Both the position numbers and the translations under genes were made by a program. From Ministeria vibrans ATCC 50519 (lineage: Eukaryota; Protista; Filasterea), in NCBI GenBank assembly GCA_943704425.1, contig CALSCP010001329.1, positions 27,755 through 91,754 of the forward strand: a stretch of DNA of 64,000 bases, written 5' to 3'. A model generated the notes under the pieces. That model was given only the letters and a program-made list of their open reading frames with translations. It ran no database searches and was not told where the DNA came from. Shown one piece after another: positions 27,054 to 38,726 of the stretch. The stretch's first letter is position 1, and each line of letters starts with the position of its first letter.

Positions 27054-28311
27054 GGAAGAAAGAAACAAAGTGATGGAGAGGGAGAGAAGAGAAGAGAAGA
27101 GAAAAGAAGAGAAGAGAAGAGAAGAGAAAGAAACACAGTGATAGGGAGAGATAAAGAGAGAGGAGAAAGAAACACAGTGATAGAGAAGAGAGAGAAGAGA
27201 AATAAAGTGATAGAGGGAGAGGAGAAAGAAACAAAAAAAAACAAAGTGATAGAGAGAGAAAGAAGGGAGAAAGAGACAATGGGAGAGTATTGTGAGTGGT
27301 GCAATTTGGATCAGTTGCATTGTACCTCATGTCGACTTCGTTGAAGGTCGTGAGCATTGCTGCCGTGTTTTGTGCGTCCTTGAGACGCTCGGCGATGCGC
27401 AGACGCATACGAGTCATTTTGACCCGCGTCTCCGAGCGCACGCCGCTACTTGCAGCCGGGGCAGAAGGAGCAGCAGCAGCCGCCGCCGCAGCAGCAGCAG
27501 CGGGTGCAGCTGCAACCTTGGGTGCTTTCGCCTGTTGAGGCGCCTCGGGTGCCTTTGCAGGCGTTTGGGGTGCATCAGCCTCTGGTGCGGCAGCGGGGGT
27601 CTCGACCTTTGGTGGTGGTGTGGATGCAGTGACTTCACCGAGCTCGAGTTTGAAGAGCGGCTTGCCGACGGTCGCGCGCTCACCCTCGGGCACACAGTGC
27701 TCGACAATGGTCCCACTCTTGGGCGAGTTGACGTCGATGTTCACCTTGTCCGTCTCGATGGAGCACACAGGCTCGTCGCTCTGAACCTGGTCGCCGACGC
27801 CTGCCAGCAACCATTCGGGTTAGAGTGTAGCAAAGAGGAGAGAGCGCAAAAAAAAAAAAAAAAAAAAGACAAAGGAAAGAACGAACCTTTCATCCAATCG
27901 GCAACAATACCGTCTGAGATGGAATCAGCGAGGGTGGGGCACATGATGGTCTCAATGTCAGCCCCTACGCGTAAGTGAAAGTGTGAGGAGAGCGCAGTGG
28001 ACTGTTTGAGAGAGAGAATTGGGAATAATTTGCATGAGGAGATGTGCTCAGAGACAAAAGTTGGCTGTGCTCTCGCAACAGAGCGAAATACAGCAAACGG
28101 GCGGGTAGACGCAACATATGCACATGTAAGGGACGTACACACGGCAGCGGAGGAGCGGAAGTTGCGAATGTCAAACAGTCTAGACGAAAGAGAAGGAATG
28201 ATCAAAAGACGAGCAGTGACACGCCTCCTCTTACCTGGGGCGCAGGGCCGCCTTAGCCAGCGACGGCGACTTGAGAGTGCGTGCCAAAAAGCCAGCAGAT
28301 CGACTTAACAT
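26215..28311 (-). CDS. DLST: Dihydrolipoyllysine succinyltransferase (2-oxoglutarate dehydrogenase E2), mitochondrial
   Basis: Transit peptide [11 protein letters not shown]; lipoyl motif IETDKV; [30 protein letters not shown]; [13 protein letters not shown]. Confidence 0.95.
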
Positions 28312-28400
28312 GATAGGAGAAGAAGAAAATTTAACAATAATGAATAAAGTGTAATGAGTCGGTATGAGTGATCAATCATCAACAATTTATTTGTAGTACA
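28312..28400. promoter_or_regulatory. Putative 89 bp bidirectional promoter for DLST and eIF2B-gamma
   Basis: Divergent ATGs; AT-rich, with tandem ATGAGTC/ATGAGTG at 28354-28370. Confidence 0.55.
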
Positions 28401-31204
28401 ATGTCTGCTCTCACCGTTGTGGTATTGTGCGACACGGAGGAATTCGAAACAAGCGACCTGAGCATTTGCAAAGGTACGACTGATTGTGTCGTCCGTTTCG
28501 TTCGCTCACTGACACTCGACCTGTCTGTTGCTGCAGGAGTCCCGCAAGCCCTGCTGCCGGTTGCCAATGAGCCTTTATTATGGCACGTCCTGCGTGCCTT
28601 GGAAGTTGCTGGTTGCAAGCGTAAGCGGATTGGAGAGAGAGAGAGAGAAAAAAAAAAAGCGTGAAAATATTTTCAACTTTTGTCACTCCTCTCTCTTCTT
28701 TCTTTGAGCAGACGCCATTTTGACATGTGGCGCTCCTGACTTCAAGCGGATCGGGGAGTACCTGAATCAAGAATGGCGCAACCGTGCGCTGTCGTGCGAG
28801 CTCGTCTCGGTGGACGAGACGGGCAGCACAGCGGACGCACTCCGGCACGTCGCCAAGAAGATCACGGTAGCGCTCTTGTCGCTCTTGTCGCCGCTCAACC
28901 CGCCCCTCGCCCCTCCTCTTTGCCCCGTAGTCTGACTTTATGGTGCTTCCGTGTGACCTGGTATCAACCGCGTCGCTGCCGTATCTGCTTGCGCAGCATC
29001 GGGTGCGCGACGCCTCACTCACGCTCCTTCTGGTACGCCCACCCCACCCCTCAACGTGCTGCAACGACGATCGCTCCCTTTTGCATTCTCACACGAACCA
29101 TGTGTTATTGTATTCGCACCGTAGGTACAGCAAGAAACAGCTCCGGAAAAGAAGAAGAAGCGAAGTGGTAAGGATACATAGGGTGTGTGTTTGTGGGCGA
29201 ATGAGAAACAATGTGATCGAGAGAAAGAGAGAGAAAATAAGGACGTGCGCACGGAGGTGTACTCAAACTCACACTCACACTCACATTGCAAATGGGGGTT
29301 TTTTTTTGTTTTTGTAGAGACGGGTGACTTTATTGGTCTGGACGACTCACGCACTCGACTGCTCTACCTGGGCAACGACGAAGATCCCTCAGAGCCCATC
29401 CGTCTCCCCAAAAATCTCATCAAAAGGTACAACAACAACAACAACAACAACAACAACAGCAACAGCAAAACAACTATATTCAGAACGAATCATTAACTTC
29501 TCCGTGTGTCTGTGTATCTGTTTGGTTTGTAGGTTTCCGCGAATACACTTTACGACGAATCTGGACGATGCACACTGCTACATATTCCAACGATGGATCA
29601 TTGATTTTCTGCTTGCGCGCGATGACATTACCAGTGTGCGTGTAAGTCAGACACAACGAGGAGAGAGAAAGAGAGAGAGGGAGAGAGGAGAGAGGTTGTG
29701 TGTGTGTGCGTCTGTGCGTATATGTCTGTTATTTAGTGTGTCTCAATGTGTATGTAGTATGAGCTTGTGCCGTATCTGGTGAAGAAGCAGTTTTCCTCGC
29801 GTGCGCGTCTGTGTGTGAAGCAGACGGGTTGTGTCTGTGCGGTGACGGGCAGCGGGGCAGACAGTGCGAGCGGAAGTCCCACTCCATCGACTACGAACAC
29901 TGTGGGGAGTGCAGAAGGGGGTACTACGGCTCCACTTGCTGCAACTACTACTACATCTACTACTATTGCGACCACTACTTTGAGTGGTGGTGGGGTGGCG
30001 TTGGGTGGGAGCAGTGGGAGTGGAAGTGCGATGGCGAGTGTTGATGATGCAGGTGATGCAGGTGCGTCGGAGGGCGATACTGCGCACGAAGGGAAGCGAT
30101 ACCGTGCAGGTGAGAGCACTTTCACACGCAAAAAGATGTCATTATAATAATAATTTTTCTTTTTCCTTTTTTTTTAAAGATGTGTTCAAGTTTGTTGAGG
30201 CAGACCATTTGATGGAGTGTGCGAAGAACATGTCGACAACTTCACGACTGGCGGACGATGCCATTGTGTGCCAGGTGGGCTAACTCACTCAGGCCCACCT
30301 ACCCACTCACTCATTTTTCATTGTGCTTAGGCGGTCACAGTGTCCACTGGTGATATCTATTGTGCGCGTGTGATCAACGTCCAAGCTTACCTCGAAGCCA
30401 ATCGCAATGTTCGAACATTCAAAGCGTGCCAAAAGCCATCAACTCACACTCCCCTCCTTTTTTTTTTTCTCTCGCACCGTCAGAGTCCCGCCTTCAAAGC
30501 GTTCTTTGCCGACAAAGCCATGAAGCTGAGTCGCCCCCCAAGCGACACTTCCACGCCCACCAGCACTAGCAACAGCAGCAGCAACAACACTCCCGCGCCC
30601 GGCACTACCGCCCAGCCGCCACCTCTCAATTCGAGTGCGACATCGAGCGAGAAGCAGCGCTTTGGTGCACTGTCGCTTAAAGACAAAAAGCGTATTTTGG
30701 GTCTGGGCAGTACGTGTGCCGAGTCCGTGCTGGTGGGTGACCGCTCGTCTATTAAACACTCGCACGTGGGCGAAAACTGTGTTATTGGCGACGGGTATGT
30801 ATCGCAAAGCGGACTGTGCCTGCCCACTCGCTTGCTCGTATTCATTTTGAATGTTCTGTCTGTAGTGTCACCATCTCCAACTCAGTGATTATGGCGGGCG
30901 TAACCATTGGAAACAAGTACACCATTACAGCTCCCCTCTCACAATATCACTCACATTTGTGTTATGCTTTTGTTGCAGGTGTACGATTGAGTCGTCGCTC
31001 GTGTGCAATGGAGCGACAGTAGGTGAACGCACGACACTCAAGGTACGACAGGCTCGCACGCCTCATGCGCCCCCTTGATACTTACGCTCTGTCCACTGTC
31101 TGCCTCGTTAGCAATGCCAAGTGCAGTCAGAATATGCGGTGGAGGAAGACACACGTGCCAAGGGAGACCGTCTTGAGGACTTTGATCTGGATGACGGCGA
31201 ATGA
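28401..31204 (+). CDS. EIF2B3: Translation initiation factor eIF2B gamma subunit
   Basis: Nucleotidyltransferase-like N-terminus (ALLPVANEP, GSTADALR, VLPCDLV, NLDDAHCYIF) plus C-terminal hexapeptide left-handed beta-helix (IKHSHVGENCVIGDG). Multi-exon. Confidence 0.85.
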
Positions 31205-31384
31205 ACGCAACACGCACACCCACACTTACAGACAACATAGGCCACGCAGAAGGTCACAGAGAGAAGGCACACATTCGTATTATACAAAGAAGAGGGGAAA
31301 AGGAAACGAAAGAGAAAATAGATGGAGAGAGAGAGAGAGAGAGAAAAAAAAACAAAGTGATAGAGAGAGAAAGAGAGACGGAGA

Positions 31385-32705
31385 CTAGAAGGAGTCATAG
31401 CCAGCAATGCGACGAAACTGCTCAAAGGAGAGCCAAAATGTGAGTGACCAGGGGGCCATACGGGCCCAGTTGAGCGTAGCGCCCTTCCACAGCGAGATCA
31501 GTCCTTCGTTGCGTGCGGCCGTCACCAGCACGTCCATTGTCGACCGGTACATCGTTCCTCTGGTGTTGATAAAGACGCACATCGGCATAAGTAATCTCTC
31601 TTATAAAACGTTGTTTCTTTCTCCCTCCTCTCTCGTTACCGTCCATTCGCGTCGAATTTCTGGTTCATGTAGCGGGTCTTGGCAAGGTCAGCGGGAGTCG
31701 ACACGGTGGCTGCAACAAGACCTATATAAATGAAAGTAAGGAAGAGAGCCGTGAGAATTCGGTATGGGCTGGAGGAGGGGATGGCGTACCAGCGCAACCG
31801 CTGGAGAGTGCGTGGACAATGGGACCGTCCTGGAGACCCACATTGAGGATGATCGAGCGCTTGGCCGTGTCATACGTGGCAAGTTCGCCCAGGTTCACTA
31901 GTGCTGCACGCTGCACATTGGGTACCCAACCACGCCAAAGAGCACGAATGCCACCAGTGGACACAATGGAGCAGAGTGCGTCCCAAGTGCCCTTGTGCCG
32001 TCGAGGCAAACCTTGCAACACACGCCGTCCCTCAATCTGCAGTTGCACCTTGATCAAGTCCATAGGCGACGCAATAAATTGGCTGACTGCACCCGAGGTC
32101 ATGCCACACACCGCCTTGAGATAGAGCGGGAAAGAATCTTTGCTCTCGCTTGTGCCATCCGCATTGGTCAACAATGAGTCTCGCATCCACTCGTACATAG
32201 CCATACGCGTCCCTGTATAGACTATATGGCGCATCACAGCAGGTGCAACACCATCCCACAAGGCAAAGACGCCCTCTTGTCGAACGGTGTCCGCTACACG
32301 AGCGAAAAGAAATCATGACAGAATTCAAAAAGACAAAAAAACACACACACAAATGCAAAACTCCGCTTGTCTGACCTGCCGTGCGAAATATACCCCGCAC
32401 TTTGGCGTCACCGTGCGCTTTCTCTCCCTGTATTTGCATCCGTGTCTTGGTCAGATCGATTGGAAAGGTGACTATGCAAGAAAGTTCACGAAAGGAAAGA
32501 AAAAAAAACGACGGCCGTAAGAAACCAATGGGATGCTGATGGTGACGACTGCGGTGCGACTGAACGTGTCGCGCGACAGAACATGCACCAGGAGCGGGCC
32601 CGTACCGCACTCGGCAATCGACGCGCTGGTCGCACTCAGGATGTATTTGGCAAAGAAGGTGCCGCGTCTCTCTCCTGCCGTAGGCGGCGTCTTGTCCGTC
32701 GCCAT
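31385..32705 (-). CDS. Mitochondrial carrier, uncoupling protein 4-like
   Basis: Three carrier signatures (FPIDLTKTRMQ, SPMDLIKVQLQ, TPADLAKTRYM); VPNVQRAALVNLGELATYD; WARMAPWSLTFWLSFEQFR as in UCP4/SLC25A27. Confidence 0.87.
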
Positions 32706-32952
32706 CACTGCGGTTGGTGTCCACGCAGTGCTTCAACAAGAGAGAGATGAGAAACAGCTTGGATTATTAAAAATATCTGCATCATTAGTATTTATTAATT
32801 ATTATTCAGTGCTTGGTCAACAACACAAGACGTATTGTTGACAGACGTATCGTTGACATAATTATTTTTCGTTGTGCACAATTTTTTTTAAAGAATTTGT
32901 AATGTACAATTGTGACTTGCCAGTCGAGCAGTCAGGTTCTGGAGGACGTAAA

Positions 32953-33386
32953 TTAAGAAGAGACGGGCCCCGTGACAAACACGACAACGACGGTGATGTT
33001 GTCAGTGGAGCCCTGGGCAAGGCTCTCCAGCAGCAGCGCATCGCTCGCCGCCTGCGCGTCGCCCTGGTGCTTCAGTGCAATGGTCACTGCCTGCTCGTCA
33101 CTCAACACATCCCATACACCATCGCACGCCAAAATCAAACAACTCCCAGCCTCGTCGAGCTCCGTCTCCGATGTGAACGGTGTGCTCGTCACAAAATCCT
33201 TCATGGCACAGTCGCCCAGACTGCGCGCGACTGCAAGCATCCCATTGACTCGCCCGCCAATCACAAAGCCCCCTTTGTCCTTGATCCGCTGCATTTCTGC
33301 CTCATCATTCGCCTTGTGGTCGTGGGTCAGTCGCGACACTGTGCTCCCTTGCCTGCAACAAATACCCCACATATCAAAATTGGACT

Positions 33387-33426
<40 letters not shown>

Positions 33427-33435
33427 AATTATATA

Positions 33436-33474
<39 letters not shown>

Positions 33475-34613
33475 TACACACACACGCACATACCCATACA
33501 CACACACGCATGCACACGCACACATACACACTCACTCACTCCCTTCTCTCGCTCTACTGCATACCCTAAAACAATCCGTGCGTCGCCTGCATTGGCACAA
33601 TAAGCAATGCGCTAAAAATACAACAATCAGAGACGTAAGGCGCGCGGCTACTCCATCACAGTACCTTGCGACAGCCCTGTCGTGTCTCCTCGCGCACCAG
33701 ACACGAAATGGCCGTGGCGCCCGAGAAGAGCACGTCCGCATTGCGCAGCGACTCATCCGTGTCCTCAAAAGACTTGGCAAGTGCCTCGCACACTGGCAAG
33801 GTGGGTGACTCCCCAATTATTCGAGCAACAGTCTGTTGAGACGCACAAAATAAGAATCGAGAAGAAGAATCAGAAACATTAGAAAAAAACAAAAACAAAA
33901 ACAAAAAGCGGCGCGTAAGGGAAGAGAGATGGAGCTTGAAGGTAAGAGAGAGTGGTAGGACAGACTGGGTTGTCGGCGCGACATGGGCTTGCGTGCAGGC
34001 GGTTGCTAGTGGCCTATTTGGGCCTTGCAAGCGAGCAAGCCATGGCGGAAGGGTCGACCAACGCCCCAAATGCGGGGAAGGAGCACTCGGCACGGCAGAC
34101 GCGCCGCACGAGCACACAGAGGGTCGCAGAAAATGGCAGTGGGCCTGCCCGGCCGCGCATATTTGGACCGGCGCACTGTGCAAGAGGACACAACGGGACA
34201 GACGGACGAGAGTGCAACCAGAGGAGACGAAAAAAAAAAGAGAAAAAAAGAAAAGAAGATATAACAAGAAAAGGCAAACTAGGTTGGAGAAGAGGCGAAG
34301 GGGCAGCAGCAGCAGAGATGGAGGGGGACGACGCACCTGAGGGAGAATGGTCCCCAGCAGCTCAGCGGCCTCTTTGCCGGCATGGCCGTCCAGCACGGTG
34401 AAGAAGCCCTGGCGCACGCCCGAGAAGTGTGTGTCGACGACATGGACATCCTACGCGGCGGCGGTGGTGTTTACGCCAAGTGTTATTATTCAAGCAGGGG
34501 ACAAACTGGGTCTGCAATCTGACACCTTGTCCTCTTTCTCTTCCACCTCGTACCTCCATTGATCTTCGAAACCGTGCGTTTCGATCACTAGAGCATCCTA
34601 CGGCAAACTCCAT
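32953..34613 (-). CDS. Protein phosphatase 2C (Ptc1-like)
   Basis: FRRSMED, VLDGHAG, SGATA, NAGDAR, DHKA, GMLAVARSLGD, ILACDGVWDV, GSTDNITV across GT-AG introns. Confidence 0.92.
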
Positions 34614-34931
34614 CCCACCCGTGCAAAGGAGGTCACTGGTCACTGAAATATATATAAAAATATGATAATTATTATTATGATTATCGAATGATTGATAATT
34701 CGAGTCATCCGTCGGTCGTCACCGTCGTCATCAGAGTCATCAAAGGGTCCGAGTCCGGCCTGATTCCTCGCCAGTCTCCAATATAGGTCATAGCAGAAGA
34801 ACCTAGTTCAGGTGTTAGGGCTACCTTCGTGAGGTGGCTCAATTTCTATCAAATAAATGTATATCTTTGAACTTTGAATGTTCAGTTTTAAAGTGCATTT
34901 TTTAAAGAACTCACCTGTGGTCTCCTGGCCA

Positions 34932-35985
34932 ATGGATAACGTCGACGACTCGACACAATGCGATATCCTACCAGCGTGCAACGTGCTCTCGACGCCAGCG
35001 GCCTCCCCGCAAGCTATCGGCGAATCCCTCGCGACAATTCTTCAGGCGCTCTCGGATGGTACGCAATCCTGTCGATCTGCAGCGCGCGCCTCCTTCTGAG
35101 CGCATCCTTGGCGTAGACGAAACCAGTGCACAGGCGTTCTCGATACTGCGCAGCGAGCTGATGGCCTCGTCGTTCTTCATTCGCTTTCTCACGTCGGAAC
35201 ACGACAGCATTGTCGAGGGTGCCTCGGCGATCATGGCGCATCTGTCGGGCAGCGGCGCCGCCGGCAAGCGATCGCGCACCTTTGTCGTGGCCCCGTCCAT
35301 TCCAAAGGTGCGCATCTTCGAGATGGAGTTCGCCTCGGCCGACGTGGGCTGGAGTGTGTGGCCAAGCGCCGTCACCATGCTCAAGCTCATGCAGACGCGC
35401 CAGCACCAACTGGACGTGCGCGATGCTCGTGTTCTTGAACTGGGCTGTGGCTGTGGACTCCCAGGCATCAGTGCCGCCTTGTTAGGTGCGAAAAGTGTGC
35501 TGCTGACGGACCACAACGAAGCGGTGTTGCGCACAGTGCGCGAGAGTGTCGCCGCCAACGACACCGCGGCTGAGCGCTGCGACGTGCGCCCACTCGATTG
35601 GTCAACCGTAGTGCTCGCGGATGAGCCTATTACACTCCATTGGAAAGACGGTGTTGACGCGCCCGCCGACATTGTGCTGGCGTCAGACTGCATCTACGAC
35701 GAAGGACAAGTCCAACTCGTCTGCAAAGTAAGCAAAATCATATTATATTCCACCACGATCATCCAAATTAGATGTTCACAATCCGCCACCAAACAGACAC
35801 TACAAAGTCACGTGCGTCGCGGGGGATTGGCGGCGATTGTGTGCGGGGAGCGGGCGGGGCGGGTAGGCACCACAGAGGTTCTGGAGAAACTGTGCTCTAG
35901 TGAGGGTGCGCCTGCGCGTCCTGTGCGGGTGCTGTGCGCTGCGCAGGACCATCGCGAGAGCATCTTTGTTGTGCGTCTCGATTGA
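34932..35985 (+). CDS. SAM-dependent protein lysine methyltransferase, family 16 (METTL21/EEF2KMT-like)
   Basis: VWPSA, VLELGCGCGLPG, LLTD, LDW, ASDCIY; two short introns starting at 35059 and ~35728. Confidence 0.85.
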
Positions 35986-36105
35986 CATCACTTCAGCAGC
36001 AGTGAGAAGAAGATACACACACAATAAAAACAAAAAGTAGAAAAAAAGAAAGTGGTGGTACATTTTGATAAAAAAAATATACAGGGTGTGAAAGAGAAGC
36101 ACTCA

Positions 36106-38293
36106 CTAACGTGTGTAGAAGAGCAGGTAAGCATCGCGACCAGGTACATGCGCTAAACAAAGAGATAGAAATAGAGAGAGGGGAGAAAAACGCACAGTAA
36201 TAGAGAGAGATTGTTAGTATGGCATTCGAAGCTTAGTCGTGACGTACTGAGGACATCGTCTGCCGAAATGTGCGAAATGTGCTCGTCATCAATGCAAAGC
36301 CAACAGCCATCGGAACGACTGGGGAGAAACCAAAAGAGGAAAGAAGGTCACACACAAAGAAACACACAAGGCAGAAATGCAGGAGAGAAAGAGAGTGACG
36401 TACCGGACATCACAGGTGTAGTGACCACCGGCGAGCCGCGTGCCATGGTGGTACACGACACTGCTGAGATGGTACTGGTTGAGAGCGCGTGGGGAACGCA
36501 CGGGCGAAGGCGCAGCGGGCACGGGCAGCTGTAGGGCCAGCGGGGGTGCTGTGCGTGCCCCAACCCCAGCCCCACTGCTGCTGGTGCTGGTGCTACAGGC
36601 GCCGCCGCTCCTGCTTGTCTCAGCCTTCTTCGTCTTCTTCTTCTTTGTGTCCACACTCACACTTGCTGCGTGGGCGTTGCTTGTGCTCACAGTGAGCAGT
36701 CGCAGAGGCATCGACAGCCACTCCAGAGGCGTCTCCAGTCGATGCGCATACCGAATGCGCTTGGTCACCTTTTGACTTCCATACGCGTCTGTGTATACAA
36801 AGCGCTTGAGGTGTAGCACCAGAACTGGCGGAAGGCGCTCAAACGAAAGCGTTTTGGTGGCACGCACGGGCATGTGCGAGCGCTCGCACGCAAACCCATC
36901 AATTGACTCACTCTCAACTAGACGCGCAAGCGCATCTTCAACGGAGAGTACCTGCTCGGCAACAATATCAAGGGGTACCGTCACAAACGGCTCCACCATC
37001 ACGCTGGAGGTGCGTGCTGCTCGAATCTCAGACCGTAACAATCCCCCAAACAGCGTTGAAATAGGCGACGTGTCGCTCTTGAGACTGCGCTTCACCGAAC
37101 GCACATTGCCCTTGCCCACTTCAGCCCATTCTCCACCAGAGTCGTTGTCGTCGTCGTCATTGGCGTTGTTGTTGCTACAGGCGTTGAGAACGTTGTCCTG
37201 CGCTGCCCCGTCGCCACTACTGTGCTGCCCATCTACATCCGCATCTGCTTCGCCGCTTGTCCCCCTACCCCCTTTGTCGCAGGCCAAAAACTCATTCACG
37301 TCACCCGCAACGCGCACTCGCAACGAGCGCTCCTTCACCACTTGCGAAAGTTCACGGTTCATCGACTCGAGCAAGAATGTGAGAAACTCTTCGGCATCCT
37401 GTTGGCGTGCCCGCTCCACGTCGTGTCGTTCGCTCACATACCATTGGTCGTGCACATACGAAGGACATAGGGATCCTCCAGCGCCGCCAGAGGTCGACCG
37501 ACTGTCGCTCCTCTAGACGTGCAAATCAATAAGACTGTAGAGCTGCTCTCATAGGTCGGCAAGACTCGACCTTTCTTACCTGTCCAACTGGAGTCAGATT
37601 GAACTCGCCCAAAAGCATACAGATGCTGTTGAGGACGGGTGTGTCGCCGTTCACAAGCGACGGCTCGTGCCACGAAATATTCTCGATGAGATTGACAAAG
37701 GCGTGACAGGCAAGCAACGATTGCAACACTACACGAGCAAACACCGTACGTTTAGCACATCGACTGCGTCCAGACACTGACACGACCACATACACACACA
37801 CACACACACGCACATACACTCCCTCTCCCTCACCAGCGTTCATGTAACACACAATGCCCGTGTTCGTGAAGCCACGCACTTGGACGTGCCATTTGCGACT
37901 CAAGTCGACGACAATTTCTACAAAAAAATGGTTTCGTCAGGCCTCCTCTGCTCCTATGCCTCTCCTATTCCAACGCCCACCTGGATGTACACGTGATGTG
38001 GGTGCACAGGTCACGGCGGCAGGCACGACAGCCGTCTCTGCAGTGTCTTGCTGCGCATCATTACGGTGGACGCTTACACGCCTGCACGTCGGCGCGAACC
38101 GCACCAGCTGTGTTGCCTTCCCTCTCACAATGGCGCGTATTTCAGCCACCGTCAGCGTCCCAAACGCGATGGGGGGCGCCTCCACGACGCTTGGGGGTGC
38201 TGTCCCTCCTTCTGCGGTTGACGATGAACCTGATTCCCGCTTAGGCGCCAACAGCGCCCCCAAGTAGTTCGACGAACCCCCAGTGGGACTCAT
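36106..38293 (-). CDS. Ubiquitin-specific protease, USP10/Ubp3-like
   Basis: Cys box RGFTNTGIVCYMNA, QQDAEEFL, VLVLHLKRF, His box VYHHG...GGHYTCDV, W..IDD, AYLLFY. Confidence 0.85.
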
Positions 38294-38390
38294 AACCTCT
38301 CTTGTCTAGTATGCAACAAATAAATGTTAAAGAAATAGAAAATAAATTGTGCGTGTGTGTGTGAAATGAATGTGAAATAGAGATTAAATC

Positions 38391-38467
<77 letters not shown>

Positions 38468-38477
38468 NNNNNNNNNN

Positions 38478-38557
<80 letters not shown>
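38391..38557 (+). repeat. (AAT)n microsatellite, intergenic, containing an N-gap
   Basis: Seen directly between USP10 and the UBR4 3' end. Confidence 0.95.
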
Positions 38558-38559
<2 letters not shown>

Positions 38560-38726
38560 TTAATTTATTATTATTATAGTTATTATTATAGTTATTATAA
38601 TAATTTTAATATTTTATGAGACTTGACTCACTTGAGTTTCAAAAATTGAAATAAATCATAAGATACATTTTATGGTCTGCTCTCTCTTCTCTCTCTTTCT
38701 TCTCCTCCAGCTCGCAATCTCTCTTA

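Noticed and set aside
37854-37980. In-frame TGA in USP10 suggesting readthrough or a reassigned code
   Set aside because: The stop lies inside a canonical GT-AG intron (37980 to ~37918). All gene models checked use standard stops and GT-AG introns.
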